In this document: positions 51,290 through 64,000 of the stretch, one piece after another
Layout of the letters: each line of letters opens with the position of its first letter
How positions within the stretch are numbered: the first letter of the stretch is position 1
Source of the DNA: Malacoraja senta
Lineage: Eukaryota
Assembly: GCA_038087875.1 (NCBI GenBank)
Contig: CM075988.1
Span: forward strand, 27,778,001 to 27,842,000
Length of the DNA: 64,000 bases
Direction: 5' to 3'
Made by a program: the position numbers and the translations under genes
The notes under the pieces: generated by a model
What the model saw: only the letters and a program-made list of their open reading frames with translations
What the model was told of the DNA's origin: nothing
Databases searched by the model: none

Positions 51290-51862
51290 GAAACATGGTT
51301 GAAGGGCAGATCAGGCAACTTAGTTTTGTACAGATACTACCAGTGTGATAGAAATGCAGGTGAAAGCTGGGGGTGGGAAGAATACCTTTTGAATCACGTG
51401 GAACACCTTTTTGATTAGGAAGAACATAACTACAGTGAGGATATTCTTGGGGGAGCCCCAGGGGGACTATAGGGAAAGAACCTAGAAATAAAAGGGAATG
51501 ATCACTTTGATGGGACTATATTGTAGTCCTTTGATAGTCAGCATGAAATAGATGAGCATATTGCTGTAAAAATAATAGGGTGATCTGGAATGCAGGTGAA
51601 TGGTCCCCTGAGAGGGGCAAGCTCAGTGGACAAGGCATTTGGCATGCTTGCCTTCAATGGGAAGGATATTGAGTACAAAAGCTATATCTTAATGCAGATG
51701 TACAAATCATTGGTGAGGCACACTTGAAGTACTGTGTGTGTTCTGGTCGCCTAGCTACAAGAAGGATATCATTAAGTTGGAAAGGCAGCAGAAGAGATTC
51801 ATCAGGACGTTACCTGGGTTTGCATGTTTGGGTTGTAGGGAAAGGTTAAATATGCTGGAACA
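51290..51862 (+). mobile_element. Degenerate CR1 fragments
   Basis: attgagtacaaaag, cacttgaagtactgtgtgtgttctggtcgcc, agattcatcaggacgttacctgg. Confidence 0.65.
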
Positions 51863-51864
51863 TT

Positions 51865-52345
51865 AATTTAATTTAGAGATACAGCGTGGAAATAGGTCCT
51901 TCAGCTTATAGAATCCGCATCGTAAGCTAATTCAAAGTTATCCAAGTTTACACACCAGAGGCAATTTAGAGAAGCCAATTAACCTACAAACCTGAGGTAC
52001 ACAAAAATGCTGGAGAAACTCAGCGGGTGCAGCAGCATCTATGGAGCGAAGGAAATAGGTAACGTTTCGGGCCGAAACCCTTCCTCGGCCCGAAACGTTA
52101 CCTATTTCCTTCGCTCCATAGATGCTGCTGCACCCGCTGAGTTTCTCCAGCATTTTTGTGTACCTTCGATTTTCCAGCATCTGCAGTTCCTTCTTTAACA
52201 CAACAACCTACAAACCTGCATGTCTTTGGAATGTGGGAGGGAACCGGAGCACCTGGAGAAAACCACAGGGAAAACGTGCAAACTCCATGCAGATAGCAAC
52301 CACAGTCAGGATCGAACCTGGGTTTCTGGTGAAGCAATGTGAATG
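51865..52345 (-). mobile_element. HE1/V-type SINE split by a Penelope-derived hairpin insertion
   Basis: aagccaattaacctacaaacctg|...|catgtctttggaatgtgggagg, caggatcgaacctgggt. Confidence 0.85.
51995..52204. mobile_element. Inverted pair of Penelope-derived short elements, 14-bp TSD
   Basis: Perfect 81-bp arms (51995-52075, 52085-52165) with a 9-nt spacer. TSD aacctacaaacctg (51981-51994, 52205-52218). Confidence 0.9.
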
Positions 52346-54320
52346 TGCCTGCTGTATGTGTGTATCTGCCTGAGAGATCAAGAGAAAATGACCAAGTCAT
52401 AGCCATACACTCTATTTTACTTATTAATTTCATTTTTTCAAAGAAATCTAATTAGTAAATACAAGAACACCATTGCTGTCACGAAAACCATTTTATGCTA
52501 ATAAATCTTTAAAATATATTGACAGAGCTGTAAATCAAAGTTCAGTTATTATGACTAGCACTAAAGTGGTTGGTGAAAACAAAGCACAACATAAATGATC
52601 GAGTTTCTTGAACCCATTTACTATGAATTGTCTGGAGATTGTTTATGATGTTAGATCTTTAACAAAATGAACATCAGTCAAAAGTGTTGTGAATGCAGGT
52701 GAGCACATAATTAAAAAAAAGTGTGGTGGGGTTATATAGTATAATATTACTGCTGCATTAAATTATGATCTTGTTTATGAGCAGTTTATTTGGGACTGAT
52801 ATGCAAAGGTATGATTTTGCAAAGAAACAAAGAAGATTTGTGAAATGAATTGTATGTCAACATATATTGGAAACATAATGGGAAGAAAGGAAATAATTTG
52901 AAAGGAAACTATTTTAATTAGACAAAAACAATCTAAAAATAGTATATAATTGGGAAAATGAACAATAAAGGTTAATGCATGAATAGAATGTTTTAATGAA
53001 AAAGAACTGAGTAAGCGTATGTGTTTTGTTTGTCGGCATAATCCAGGAGTATTGAGTGCAGTCTAAGTGAACCTGTGGCACAAAGATATGAGAAGAATCA
53101 ATCTGGGAAATAGTAAACCAAGGAGCAGTGGAGAAAACATGTAGAGGCTTCTTGTTTTCTTGTACTTTGCTTACAAATTCGTGAGGCAGAAGCTCAACTT
53201 TCAAATCACTGCCAATGAAGCTGTCTGTATTCCATCCGCCAGCTAGTCAGGATATTTCTGGCCTCTGTCTCATGAAAACTGTTAGGTGATGATTGACATT
53301 GCACCATATTTCTTCTTTCCTTTTCAGGCATATTATTGCACTTAGGCGGACAGGATCGCTATCCCCAACTGCTGGCACTGCTGTTTTATTACAGACTGCT
53401 GATGTGTATGTGGCAAAGAGTGAAGTGAAAATCTAACACAGTATCACTAACAGCAAGCTAGTCTGTTGCAATAAAATATTGTGTATTATCTTATCTAGAG
53501 ATAACTATAAATCTGATGAAAGTATAACCATGTTAACGGTATTTTGGTGAAGTGTGCAATAGAAGGTGCTTTTATACTTCAACATTTCTGTTGCAGAAAA
53601 TAATGCATAATGTCATGCCAGAGCCTGCAGTCTCTGCTAAAACTGTAAATAATGTTTATTTAAACTGTCTTTTTACATTATCTCCTTTTATGAATAATTT
53701 ATCTAGTAAGTGCAGAGTTTAAATTTCCCAGATGGAAGCAAAACTAATACCTAATTCAGAATGTGCAGGAACTGCAGATGCTTGGTTATATCGAAGATAG
53801 ACAAAATGCTGGAGTAACTAATTCCGAATACTGTGTTTGGCTCATTTGATTTCCTGTTGCCAGCATTACTGACAAAATAGTGTTCTCATCTTCGTGTCTG
53901 TCACTAGAGCTTTCTTGCTGTGCATTCGATGGCTCCTGTAATAGATATTACTTACATTGATCTCAGTGGACATATTAAATTCCATTTGAAATAACAATGC
54001 AGATTGAATGTCGCATTGGCCTTAAGATGTAGTGTTTCTGTTACAATGTGGAGCTAATGAGTGTTTTTTTATTCATTGATAGGTTAGAAGAAGTATCCAT
54101 AACACAAGAAATAAGTTAATTAATAGTTAAAAATGTTCAATTAAAGTTGCAGTTGACTCCATCTAATCATTCAGCACCAAAATGTATTTCAATTCAAGGA
54201 TGAGTTCCTATGCTAATGTGCTTTAACATTGAAAACAAATATAAAGTTCATTTTTGCAGTTTAAATTTTAATTTAAAATGCACCTTTAAAGAACATAGTT
54301 CGGGGACATTTTTAGTGTAT

Positions 54321-55732
54321 ACTAAACCAAGTGCGGATCCGTTGGGTCCGTCCCCCACGGCAAAATTCCACCACTGACCCATAGCCCCCAACTACGCAGG
54401 TTCGGCTGACGGGTTCCTGTTGTGACGCAAGTCACGGCAACCCCCCCCAAACTGCGCAGGCGGGGCCAGTAAGTGGGAGCGTGACTGCGACGTTTTAAAA
54501 GTTTAAAATGGCAATAACTTGTAAAATTTAAGATCAATGTGAAATCATCTCACTCTCCCTCTTCAGTCCCCTATTTCCCCCCCTCCATTATCCTCCCTCA
54601 CCCCACCCGCCACCAACCCTCCTCAGCTTCCTCCGTTCGCCCCTCCCCCCCTCCCCCCTCCCCCTCCTCTCTCTTCCGCCTCCCCTCCATTACCAAGCAT
54701 ACTCCCTCCCACTCTTCACCCTCCCTCTTCTTTCCTCTCTCCTCCCCTCCCCACTCCCTCCTTCACCACTCCCTCCTGCTCCTTTCCCCTACCCTCATTC
54801 ACTCCCTCCCTCCATAACCCCTATCCCCTTCTATCCCCCTCCGTCCCCCACTCCTCACCTCCCCCTATCCCACCCCTCCACTCTCCCTCCTCACCTCCCC
54901 CACAGCCCTCCTCTCCCTCTATCCCCCACTCCATACCTCCCGCACTCCTCTTCCTCTATCCCCCCCTCCTCCCCCACTCTCCCTCCTCACCTCCCCCACT
55001 TTCCCTTCCCACTCCCTCCCTACCTCCTCCTCTCCCTCAAACCCCCCATCTCTCCTCACCTCCCCAGGATCTCGATGTAAACCACCGCCAGCCCCATTTT
55101 CTCAACGACGTCGGCGATGAAGTTGTGCTTGAGGAAGGGGCTGTCGGAGAGATGGGCCGAGCGGCTTGGGGGAGGGGGAATTTGAAAATCCGCCAAGAAT
55201 TTGATTGAAATGGAGCTCTTTTTGAAAATCGCGATTTTTTAATGCAAATGAGATTCTGGATCCCATTGTGACATCATTGTGAATGAAAACGGAAGAATTT
55301 GATTAAAACTGTTTTTTTTTTTTTAATCTCGATTTTTTTAATAAATGAGATTTGGGATCCTATTGTGACGTCATTGTGACGCCGTACGCTGCTAACGGGC
55401 AGGGCGTGGAAAAGTGATTTTTGTAAAAGTGGGTTTTGTAAAGTACAATGTGAATAACTTGTAAAATATCAATCCGAACGAAACTTGCCATAGCACACCG
55501 CAGGAAAATGGTGAGTAAGGTGGGCTAAAAATTGTAGCACTATCGTGTACCGTTTTGGCGTACTTTCGGGATCACGCACGCATACAAACAAACAAGATGA
55601 GAGTTATAGTAATATATATACTAGACAGGTCTTGAATTTTTAATTTCACGGGATAAATCTCTAACAGAATATGTAAAAATGTTCGCGTTAGCGCAGTTTC
55701 TTAGAGTAGATGTGATCACACACAAGTAAATT

Positions 55733-55780
<48 letters not shown>

Positions 55781-55802
55781 CACACTCACACTCACACTCA
55801 CA

Positions 55803-55856
<54 letters not shown>

Positions 55857-56590
55857 AACAAGATCAGAGTTTTTCATAGTTATAAGATACTAGACTAAGT
55901 GGGATCCATTGGGTCCCTGTCACATGGGAGGGCTGGTCCCCGAATGCTATATTCCACCACTCACCCATAGCCCCCCAACTGCGCAGGCGCGGCTGATGGG
56001 TTCCCGTTGTGACGTGAGTCATGACAACCCTCCCCAAGTGCGCCTTGCCATCCCTCTTCCATTCCCCCTCATCCCCAGCACTTCCACCCCCTCCTCTTCA
56101 CCCTCTTCTTTCCCGTCTCCTCCTCCCCTCCCCCACTAACTCCATCACCTCTCCCTCGCTCTCCTTTCCCCTACCCTCAGTCACTCCCTCCCTCCCTCTA
56201 TAACCCCTCTCCCCTCCCTACCCCCCTTGATATCATTGTGGGGTGGAACACTGCTGATGGCAGTTTATGTAAATGAGATCCCATTGTGATGTCATACGCT
56301 GCTAACTGCCAGTGCAAGTTCAAGTTCAAGTGATTTTTGTCAAACTGGATTTTGTAAAGTTCAAAATGTGAAAAACTTGTAAAATATATCATCAATCTGA
56401 ATGAAACTTGATTCACCATACCGCAGGACAATGGTGAGTAAGGTGGGCCAAAAATTTTAGTTCCAACTGGTACCGTTTTGGTGCAATTTCAGGATCATCC
56501 AGACAGACAGACAGGCAGACAAACAAGATAAGAGTTTTAGTAATATATAAATATATATATATATATATAATGATGTATAGATATAGAAAG
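54321..56590 (-). mobile_element. Head-to-tail array of three non-autonomous Helitron-like elements
   Basis: 3' ends (minus strand): hairpin gggaccc-aat-ggatccc ~7 nt before CTAG|T at 55889-55917; cggaccc-aac-ggatccg at 54334-54350; ctag at 55621. 5' ends resemble TC(T)TATA..ACTAAAACTCT. Confidence 0.8.
55736..55852. repeat. (CA)n/(CACACT)n microsatellite inside a Helitron
   Basis: Direct reading. Confidence 0.95.
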
Positions 56591-56849
56591 ATAGATTGAG
56601 GCTGATGCAGATGAACCACGATAAAACAAAACTGCCTTCTTTGCAGCCACAAAGTTACATTTACCAGTGAAAGATCTCCATACCATAGAGATGCTTATGG
56701 TTTCAGATTAAAATTCCCAGCATGCAATTCTGCCCTTTGACATTTACGACATTTATTAACATTTTCCGACTAAAGTCTGACTAATTGAAGATCAACTGTG
56801 ATTAGTATCAGGAATTGCAAGGTGAAGGTGTAAATGAGATTCACCTGGA

Positions 56850-57230
56850 TGTTGCTGGGATATAATTGATGAGGAGGTTAAACTGCTGGGTTTCTTTTCC
56901 TTGGAGTGGACTAGGGCATAGTTATGGTTGATAGTGAGAAACCTTTCCCCATAATGGAAACATCTAAAATCAGAGAGCACATGTTTACGTTGAAGAGTAA
57001 GAGGTGTGATTAGTGGGGAGTTGAGGATTTTTTTTTCACTAAGACTTTCTGGAATACACTGCCTGAGGAGATACTGGAGACAGGTACTCTCATACATTGA
57101 ATAAGTATCTGGACAAGCACTTGATTTGCCAAGAAAAACTATAGATCAAGTGCTGGTGAATGGGATTTGTATAGATGATCCACATGGGCGCGGTGGGTAG
57201 AATAATCTATTGCTGAGCTGCATGATTCTT
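56850..57230 (+). mobile_element. Degenerate CR1 3' end
   Basis: Eroded gggtttcttttccttggagtgg, ctggaatacactgcctgagg, tatctggacaagcacttg. Confidence 0.6.
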
Positions 57231-57239
57231 AAAACCATA

Positions 57240-57630
57240 AATTCTTGGAACTACTCAGTAGGTCAGAAACCATCTATGCTGAGAAAAACAGTGTTGACAT
57301 TGCAGCTCAATGAGCTTTCATCAGTACTAATATAAATTAGCAGAGAAGAGGAAGTGGAAAAGGTGAAGTAAACACATTTCCCACAGTGTGATCTCCTTCC
57401 TTTGTACTGTAAAAACCAGGCTCGGATCCCGCAGCTACTTTGCAGAGCATGTCTGCACAGTTTGCAAGATGGCCCTAATCTTGATCCCTTTATTTCGCTA
57501 GCCAATTCCCACTGAGATCTTTTTATTTTTGAAGTCCTACAGTATTCCAGTGTAAGCTTGAGGAACAGCACCTCATTCTCTGACTTGATATTATATAGCT
57601 CTCAAAATTCAGTATTGAAATCAACAGTAG
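57240..57630. mobile_element. Degenerate Penelope-like remnants (terminal repeat on minus, GIY-YIG part on plus)
   Basis: Minus ctgatgaaagctcattgagctgcaatgtc; plus aagcttgaggaacagcacctcatt (KLEEQHLI). Confidence 0.6.
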
Positions 57631-57790
57631 ACTTTCAGGTCGCTGTTAAATCTTGGTAGTTCTCATGAAATGTCACTAACCTGTAATAGAGCCCTCGTCA
57701 TACAGCATAGAAACAGGTACTTTGGCCCAATTTGCCCATGTTGACCAACATGCCCATCAACACTAGCCCCGCCTGTCTGCGTTTAACCCA

Positions 57791-58670
57791 TCTGTACATA
57801 ACTAAATCAGTACATAACTAAAACTCTGAACTAAAACTCTGATCCGGTTTGCGCGGTCTTTCTATTTGTGCAAAAACGGTTTGCGATAGCGCTACAATTT
57901 ATTACCAGTTCACTCACCGTTCTTCTGCGCTGCGAGTGTATGAAGTTTTGTTCCAGTCGGTTGAATGTCGTAAAAGTTAGCGAGGTTTGAAAATCTTAAA
58001 AAACGCGCCTGCGCAGATCAATCTCTTCTGCCAGTCAGCGCCGCGCGGATTAGTCTCTTCCCCTGTCATTCTCCGGGACGGTTCGCCCCTTCCTGCGCGG
58101 TCGCGTCATTACTGGAGCTGAGGATGGCCGGCGGAGGTTTCCAACCGGACACAATTTTCAGCGGGACCCAAAGCGACCCGAAGCAGCCTAAACCCAAGCA
58201 GCCCAGCGTCAGAGACCCGACCCAGCACAGCCCAGCCCAGCGTGGGAGACCCAGCCCAGCCCAGCGTGGGAGACCCAGCCCAGCCCAGAGTTGGAGACCC
58301 AGCCCTGAGTCGGAGATGTCGCCAAACAGAAAGCGGAGACTCTGATACCGGCAGAGGAGAATGACCAGCGACCAGCGCCCGCTGTGAGTCCCCATCGCAC
58401 CGCCAATTCAGCCATTACCCCTCTGGTCCCCCTCGCTGGCTCCTCCCCCGTGATGCCCCCCTCTCCCCATGGCTCTTCACAGTCTATTCTCTGAGCTCAC
58501 TCCCCCCTCCCTCCCCTGCCCACACACCCCTCTCCCCACACACAACCCCCCCAGCCCACACACCCCTCCCCCCACAAGCCCTCCTGCCCCATAACCCTCC
58601 CGCCCCCACAACCTCCCCTGCCCCCACAACCCCCCCTGCCCACACATCTCCCCCCCTTGCAAAAGATGAT
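57791..58670 (+). mobile_element. Non-autonomous Helitron-like element, 3' end missing
   Basis: A|TCtgtacataactaaa...ctaaaactctgatc 5' end inserted in a CR1 tail. Block ctcaccgttcttctgcg..aagttttgttc shared with the other Helitrons. Internal gagacccagcccagcccagcgtgg repeats. Confidence 0.65.
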
Positions 58671-59056
58671 AATATATACTACCAACCTTTTTCTTAATTT
58701 TAATTAACATGGTAGAAGAATTGCTTACCTTGCTTTTAAGCTTTAACTAAATGTAAATGACCTAAAATCTATTATAGATGTAGAAAATAAAATCAGACCC
58801 TGCTAAACCAACTTGCTATTTATCACCATAAAAGGCGATTTTCATATCTTTAGTGTCAACTGTAAAAAATTACTTACATTTTACCTTGTAACAAGGTGAA
58901 CAAAATAATGAGTAGAAAAGATAGTGAGTGGGAAAATGAGTAAAATAGAGAGTAGGAATGTCTATCCAAAATAGTGATTCTGGGAGGCTTATAGATAGAC
59001 ACATGGATATGCAGAAATTGGAGGAATATGGATGACAAGCAGGCAATAACTTAACC

Positions 59057-59370
59057 GGAGTTTGAGCCGGCCCGTCGCAGAGCACGGATTCGGCCGCGGG
59101 ACTGGCTTACCGTCGCCCGGCGGGGTCACAGCATCAGAAGCCTGGATCGCCTCAGCGCAGAGGGAGAACAAAGCGGGAAGAGACAGAGACTTTAAGACTT
59201 TTGCCTCCATCACAGTGAGGAGGTGCCTGGTGAACTCACTGTGGTGGATGTTAATTTGTGTTTATTGTGTGTTTTGTCATTTATTATTATATGTATGACT
59301 GCAGGCAACGAAATTTCGTTCAGACCGAAAGGTCTGAATGACAAATAAAGGAATCTCTAATCTCTAATCA
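59057..59370 (+). mobile_element. Unclassified SINE-like element with Rex1/L2-type 3' tail
   Basis: GC-rich body; tail aaatttcgttcagaccgaaaggtctgaatgacaaataaag(aatctct)n inside a CR1 tail. Confidence 0.55.
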
Positions 59371-59399
59371 TGTTCAGCGCAGTTTAACTTGACATCATG

Positions 59400-59770
59400 T
59401 TCACCGCAGACATTGTCCACCGCCTTGATGTAGTGCTTCCTGGAGATTGCTTTGACAGCGGGCAGATTAATGAGCAATGTCCATCACTTTCTGCAGCCTC
59501 CTTCATTCCTGTGCATTTGAAATACAAATGAAATCAGTCAGTATGCACCACACCCACTGAAATATAACAAGAACATTCAACAACATGCCAAATCACCTCA
59601 AACATCTGAGTAAGTCGAGGCATTGGACAGCTTTCCTTGGAGTTGCATCAATGTGCAGGGCTCAGGACAGATCATCAGAGATGTGTATGGTCTGGAACTT
59701 GAAACTATTGACTCTTTCCACTGTCGTCCTGCTGATGAAGACAGCTGCATGGTCCCTTGACCTTCCCTTC
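59400..59770 (-). mobile_element. Degenerate Rex1 fragment
   Basis: Minus strand aaggaaagctgtccaatgcctcgacttactcagatgtttgaggtgatttggcatg. Confidence 0.65.
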
Positions 59771-60534
59771 CTGCAGTTAATGCAAACTTTTCACTCGCCA
59801 CAGAGCTGCTTGGCCTGGTTGGAATTTCCAGTATAATCCTTTAGTTCAGATTTCTAGTAACTGCATTACTTTGAATTTAGCAGTTGTGGCATTGATTAAT
59901 TTATTTTACTGCATTTACCATTTCCTTGTATCCTTTGCTAGAGAACTTAGATCGACCCATGTCTGAGTATCTGGTAACAGAAGCTCCCCTTATGCTGGTA
60001 AATTTGTACACATCTGTCTGAAAATTCAGTATACCTTCTCAACAGATAGCATATTGTTGAATGTAAATGGTGTCATGAATTTGATCTCTGCAATGTATTT
60101 GCATTTCAACACATTCAGCAAATACAGTATTCACATTTCTGCTTCCTGACTGAAGTTAATACATGTGATCATTTAACATTTGTACCTAGTTGATGTCAAA
60201 TGTCTTCTATTGGCAGCAAAATCTTTCCAGAAAGCAGAAATGTCAAAAATAAAGTTTTCACGTAATGAAATATAATGTAAATGATAATGACTTTTGACTG
60301 GTGGTTAGGTAAAATCATGTTAACTCCCATCCTGTGCTTGCTCTCAAGAGAGAACAAATAATAAACCTAGAGGTCTGGGTTCCTGTGTTTCAGACAACAA
60401 TGAGTAACCTTTAGATATCTCCAGTCAACGGACACACTGCTTACAAATTCTTTAAAGCAGTTTAAAACGGTGAATAGATTTTGGGAATGGCTTTATTTGT
60501 ATCTGAAATTACAATAGTGTATTGCATCAGGAAT

Positions 60535-60553
60535 CGGACACTAGGGGGCGCAT
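60535..60553 (+). promoter_or_regulatory. Candidate CTCF site
   Basis: cggacactagggggcgcat closely matches the CTCF core CCACYAGGGGGCGC; lies in non-repetitive AT-rich intron. Confidence 0.55.
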
Positions 60554-63244
60554 CCTGTATATCAGAGGTTTTTGTAATGACAAGGAGCTGATTTCAGTTT
60601 GTTGCATAATGTCCAATATGTTCTAACATGAATATCAATCCATTTAAATAATTAAATTTCACTGTATGGGAGCTTTGTTAAGTATCAGAATCAGGGTTTT
60701 GTTCAACATTTTAGATGGAATGCGAGAGGCAGAACACCATTTCCTGCATTTAGAAAGTAGCCTTCATGAGTGGGGCATATTTACTCATGCTCACATCTTC
60801 AAATCATGTTAGTTATCTGATTTGGTTATCTACTTGGCTTTTGAAAACAAACGCAGTAGCATTTGGCTGCAAGTGGTGCATAAAGTAGCCAATTAAGGCA
60901 AGATATATTCATATTTACAGCATCCCAGAATAGCTTCTGAATTTCTTGATATTTTTTATATTCTTTGATAAGGAAGCAAATGGTTCATCCCCTTCAGAAT
61001 TTTTTTTTCAGGATTCTTTCCCACATTTTTCATGCTCCACTAGTCTCTCCAGCATTTACAAAATCCAGCCAAGCAAATGATGTGATTGTGCTTTTTATTG
61101 TAATATGAAACAAATGCTAGCTTATTCACAGAGGGTTTCTCGTTATATTCTTCTAATCCCCCCCTCCCCCCAAATTTAGATGAATGTTTGCAGAAACCAG
61201 TGGTGAGGAATGGACAATTTTTTCAGTTTGCATGATCTAAGATCATGAACCAGATATAGTAAAATTTCCACTCGTCTTCCGTGCCAATTCCTTAACGGAT
61301 GCATCAGAAACGTATTCACCTCTCTGTGTAGCTTTTAATATTTCTCATAACAGCCAGGTTTTGACATTACCAATCAAATGAGAATTGGAAAGAAAACCTT
61401 CCGACAAAGAATTTACCCGATAAATGGGAGGGAATATGTTTGATCTAATGTGATGTGCATACTATATTCAATGTTAAATATGTGTCATCCAAATTGTACT
61501 ATAGCTATACATGGGGGGGGGGGGGGGGAGATGCATATATCATTAATTGGAATATTTTTGGATGTGGTTGTAAATTTGGAAAGGTACCTGAATTAAAATG
61601 ATATAAAGACTTTTACAAATTACCTAGAATTTTATAGAATTTGCTGAAAAGAACAATTTCAGCATCAGACTGTGTTAGGGTGAGCCTCCACTTACCTCTG
61701 CACACCGTTGTGATGTGGAATGAATAGAATTAACATTGACCTTAATCATAGATGCATTTTCTCAACTTTTATGTAATTTATTCAAATTAATTGGACTTCA
61801 CTTGGTTGCTCTAAATACTGATTTTGCTTTTGTAAGTTAACTGATGCTTTGAATCAGGCTTGCTGAAAGTATTCCTGAATTATGAAAAAATTGTAATGCA
61901 AGATATCTATATGGCCCATTGTACTTATTGAGGAAGTGCTGCCAGCCTATTTTCACAGCCGAAAGCTTGCATTTGAGTTTAGGACATTGAATAGTTTGGC
62001 ATTGACTGTTGTGTTTTTACTGTTGCAAGATGTGAAGTTTGAATTACAAGTCTGGTTTAGTTTTTTGATGCTTGTTTCCAATGATGAATTCACACACTAA
62101 ATGTGTACTGTTGGTGCAAAGCTAAAGTCCTTAAACTTAATGTATAAACCATGAGTGAAAGTTCAAGCTAAATTTTAGTTGAAATTTGGAGGTTAACACC
62201 TGTACAAAAAGCAATGTTATGTGGAAAAATAGTAATTATTGTTCTGACTATGAATCTATTTACAACGTCTAGACCTTTATGCATAATGCACTGCATGCTA
62301 CTAATGATTAGCTTCTTGATAGGTTAGAAATGTTGATTAATATAAAAATGGCATAAATGCATGTATACATTGGGTATGCAAGCAAATAATTTCACTGTGC
62401 CTTGTCACATGTGACAATAAAGTATTCCATTCCATTTCATTATATTGAAACCATTCCAAGACTGCTCTTTAAATAGATTAATACTCTACCTTATTATTTT
62501 TTTTAAACTATCTGTAAAGTTTTCCTTGCTTTAAATTTTTTTTTAACACTGAACCTTTAACCACTTCCATCAAGACTCTGTGTTGCAATTAATTCACATG
62601 TACTGCTGCATTGCATCAGTAACTTAAAATGTTGGAGTTTCATCAGCGTCTTAGCAGATTTTTTGGCACATACTAATGTATTTCTTTTGAAAAATTGAGT
62701 AATGGGACTTGATAACTGAAATTCCTTTGTGTGCCTGCAACTGCATCCAAAAATGTTCTGTAGTCAGCTCGTAACTTTTTCCTTGACACATGTAAATTAT
62801 TTTTCTAGTTAGAGTTTTAAATCCATCTCTAAGTGCACTCTCTATCAACTAGGGCCACTTCTTAATTTTCTGAGAAAAACATTCTTCTACTTTGATTATC
62901 TGGTAACAAGGATGCTGCATCTTGTTGAAGTTGGGTAAGTGGTGCTTCATATTTAGTGTGGAACGTTAGACTCTGGGTCAGTGCTCTCACTGCAGATATG
63001 AATATTCCAGCTTCAAAAGCAGTGAGTGTGTTTCTAAGTTCAGAAGGTTGGTGTTTTTGACCCCATTGTATCTCACCTTTGAATTAAAGCAAAAATTACA
63101 CATTTGATAGATGCTCGTGTTATATTTTGGAAGCATGGAATCTTTGGGATAGAGATTAAATCACATTTAAATGCATGCCGTTCATTGGTATTATTATCCT
63201 GCCATAAAATTAAATTGACATTTATTTTGTTGGCAGATGTTTTT

Positions 63245-63950
63245 ACGTTTAGACTTATTATAGTTGACTGTACTGAGGTACAGTGAAAAGCTTTGTTTCT
63301 CATGCCATCCAATCAAATTAGATACTATACATACCTTATAATCAAGTCAAACTCAAGTACAGTAGGTAGAGTGAGGGGAAAGACACAGGGGGCAAAATAT
63401 AATTTTCTGCATTATAGTGCAATAGTTCCAGTGACAAAGTCCAATACCTGTAACGAGGTAGAGGAGAATTTACTAATTGGACTGTTCAGAAACCTGATAA
63501 CAGGGAAAGAAGCTGTTCATTAGTTTGATGGCGTGTGCCTTCAGGCTTCTGTATCTTTTGCTCAACAGGTGCAGGGAGAAGACGGGATGACCAGGTTGGG
63601 AAGGGTCTTTGATTATATTGGGTGCTTTCCCAAGCAGCGTGAAGTATAGATAGAGTCAGTGGTGGGAAGTCTGGTCTCTGTAAAGGGCTGGGCTGCATAT
63701 ATAACTCTCTGTATTTTTTGTGGTCTTGGGAAGAGCTGTTCCCAAATGCCTGCTGCAGTGCAACCCAATAGAAAGTTTTCTATGGTGTATCTGTAGAAGT
63801 TTGTCAGAGTCATTGGAAACATGCCAAACTTCCCCACTCTCTTCAGAAGGTAGAGGCATTGGTGTGCCTTGGCTGTTGCATTAATGTGGTTGGTCCACAA
63901 CAGAATGTTGGTATTATTTACGCCAAGCAACATGAAGCTCTCAATGCTGT
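63245..63950 (-). mobile_element. Degenerate Rex1/Babar 3' fragment
   Basis: KAHQCLYLLKRVGKFGMFPMTLTNFYRYTIEN ... SIYTSRCL. Confidence 0.85.
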
Positions 63951-64000
63951 AATGTGAATACATTATGTCAGATTGGATAATTATGTCAGAATAATGTCAC

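Noticed and set aside
58124..58345. Pro/Ser repeat ORF, or CRISPR-like repeats
   Set aside because: Simple tandem minisatellite in a Helitron-like element; no spacers, eukaryotic context.
35068..64000. Further GRAMD1B exons (SQQSS..HDDD exon, GRAM or ASTER domains)
   Set aside because: No matching translation recognised; probably beyond the window, though a small diverged exon could have been missed.

Overview
Vertebrate genomic DNA, not microbial. The repeat set (HE1/V-type tRNA SINEs, HER1/CR1-like LINEs, Penelope-derived short elements) points to a cartilaginous fish, probably a skate or ray; this is inferred. The only host coding sequence I can support is one 341-nt + strand exon (34727-35067, donor GTAGGT). 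It matches, from recall, the first coding exon of the long N-terminal isoform of GRAMD1B (Aster-B). Downstream is its intron; upstream is 5' flank or 5'UTR intron. The rest is a dense, often nested transposon record: L1-clade LINEs with TSDs, CR1, Rex1/Babar, Vingi, Penelope-like, L2 remnants, Tc1, PIF/Harbinger MITEs, ISL2EU-like and hAT-like elements, and non-autonomous Helitron arrays. Most notable: (1) the exon is an internal tandem duplication of a calcineurin-docking-like (LxLPxIxIT)/Ser-Thr-Pro/RRKRF module; (2) a 36-bp P-element-like excision footprint between 8-bp TSDs; (3) a family of short Penelope-derived insertions with minimal hammerhead ribozyme motifs, one forming a perfect 81-bp-arm hairpin; (4) stacked Helitron arrays. 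All family calls come from motif recognition by eye; no database search was run.
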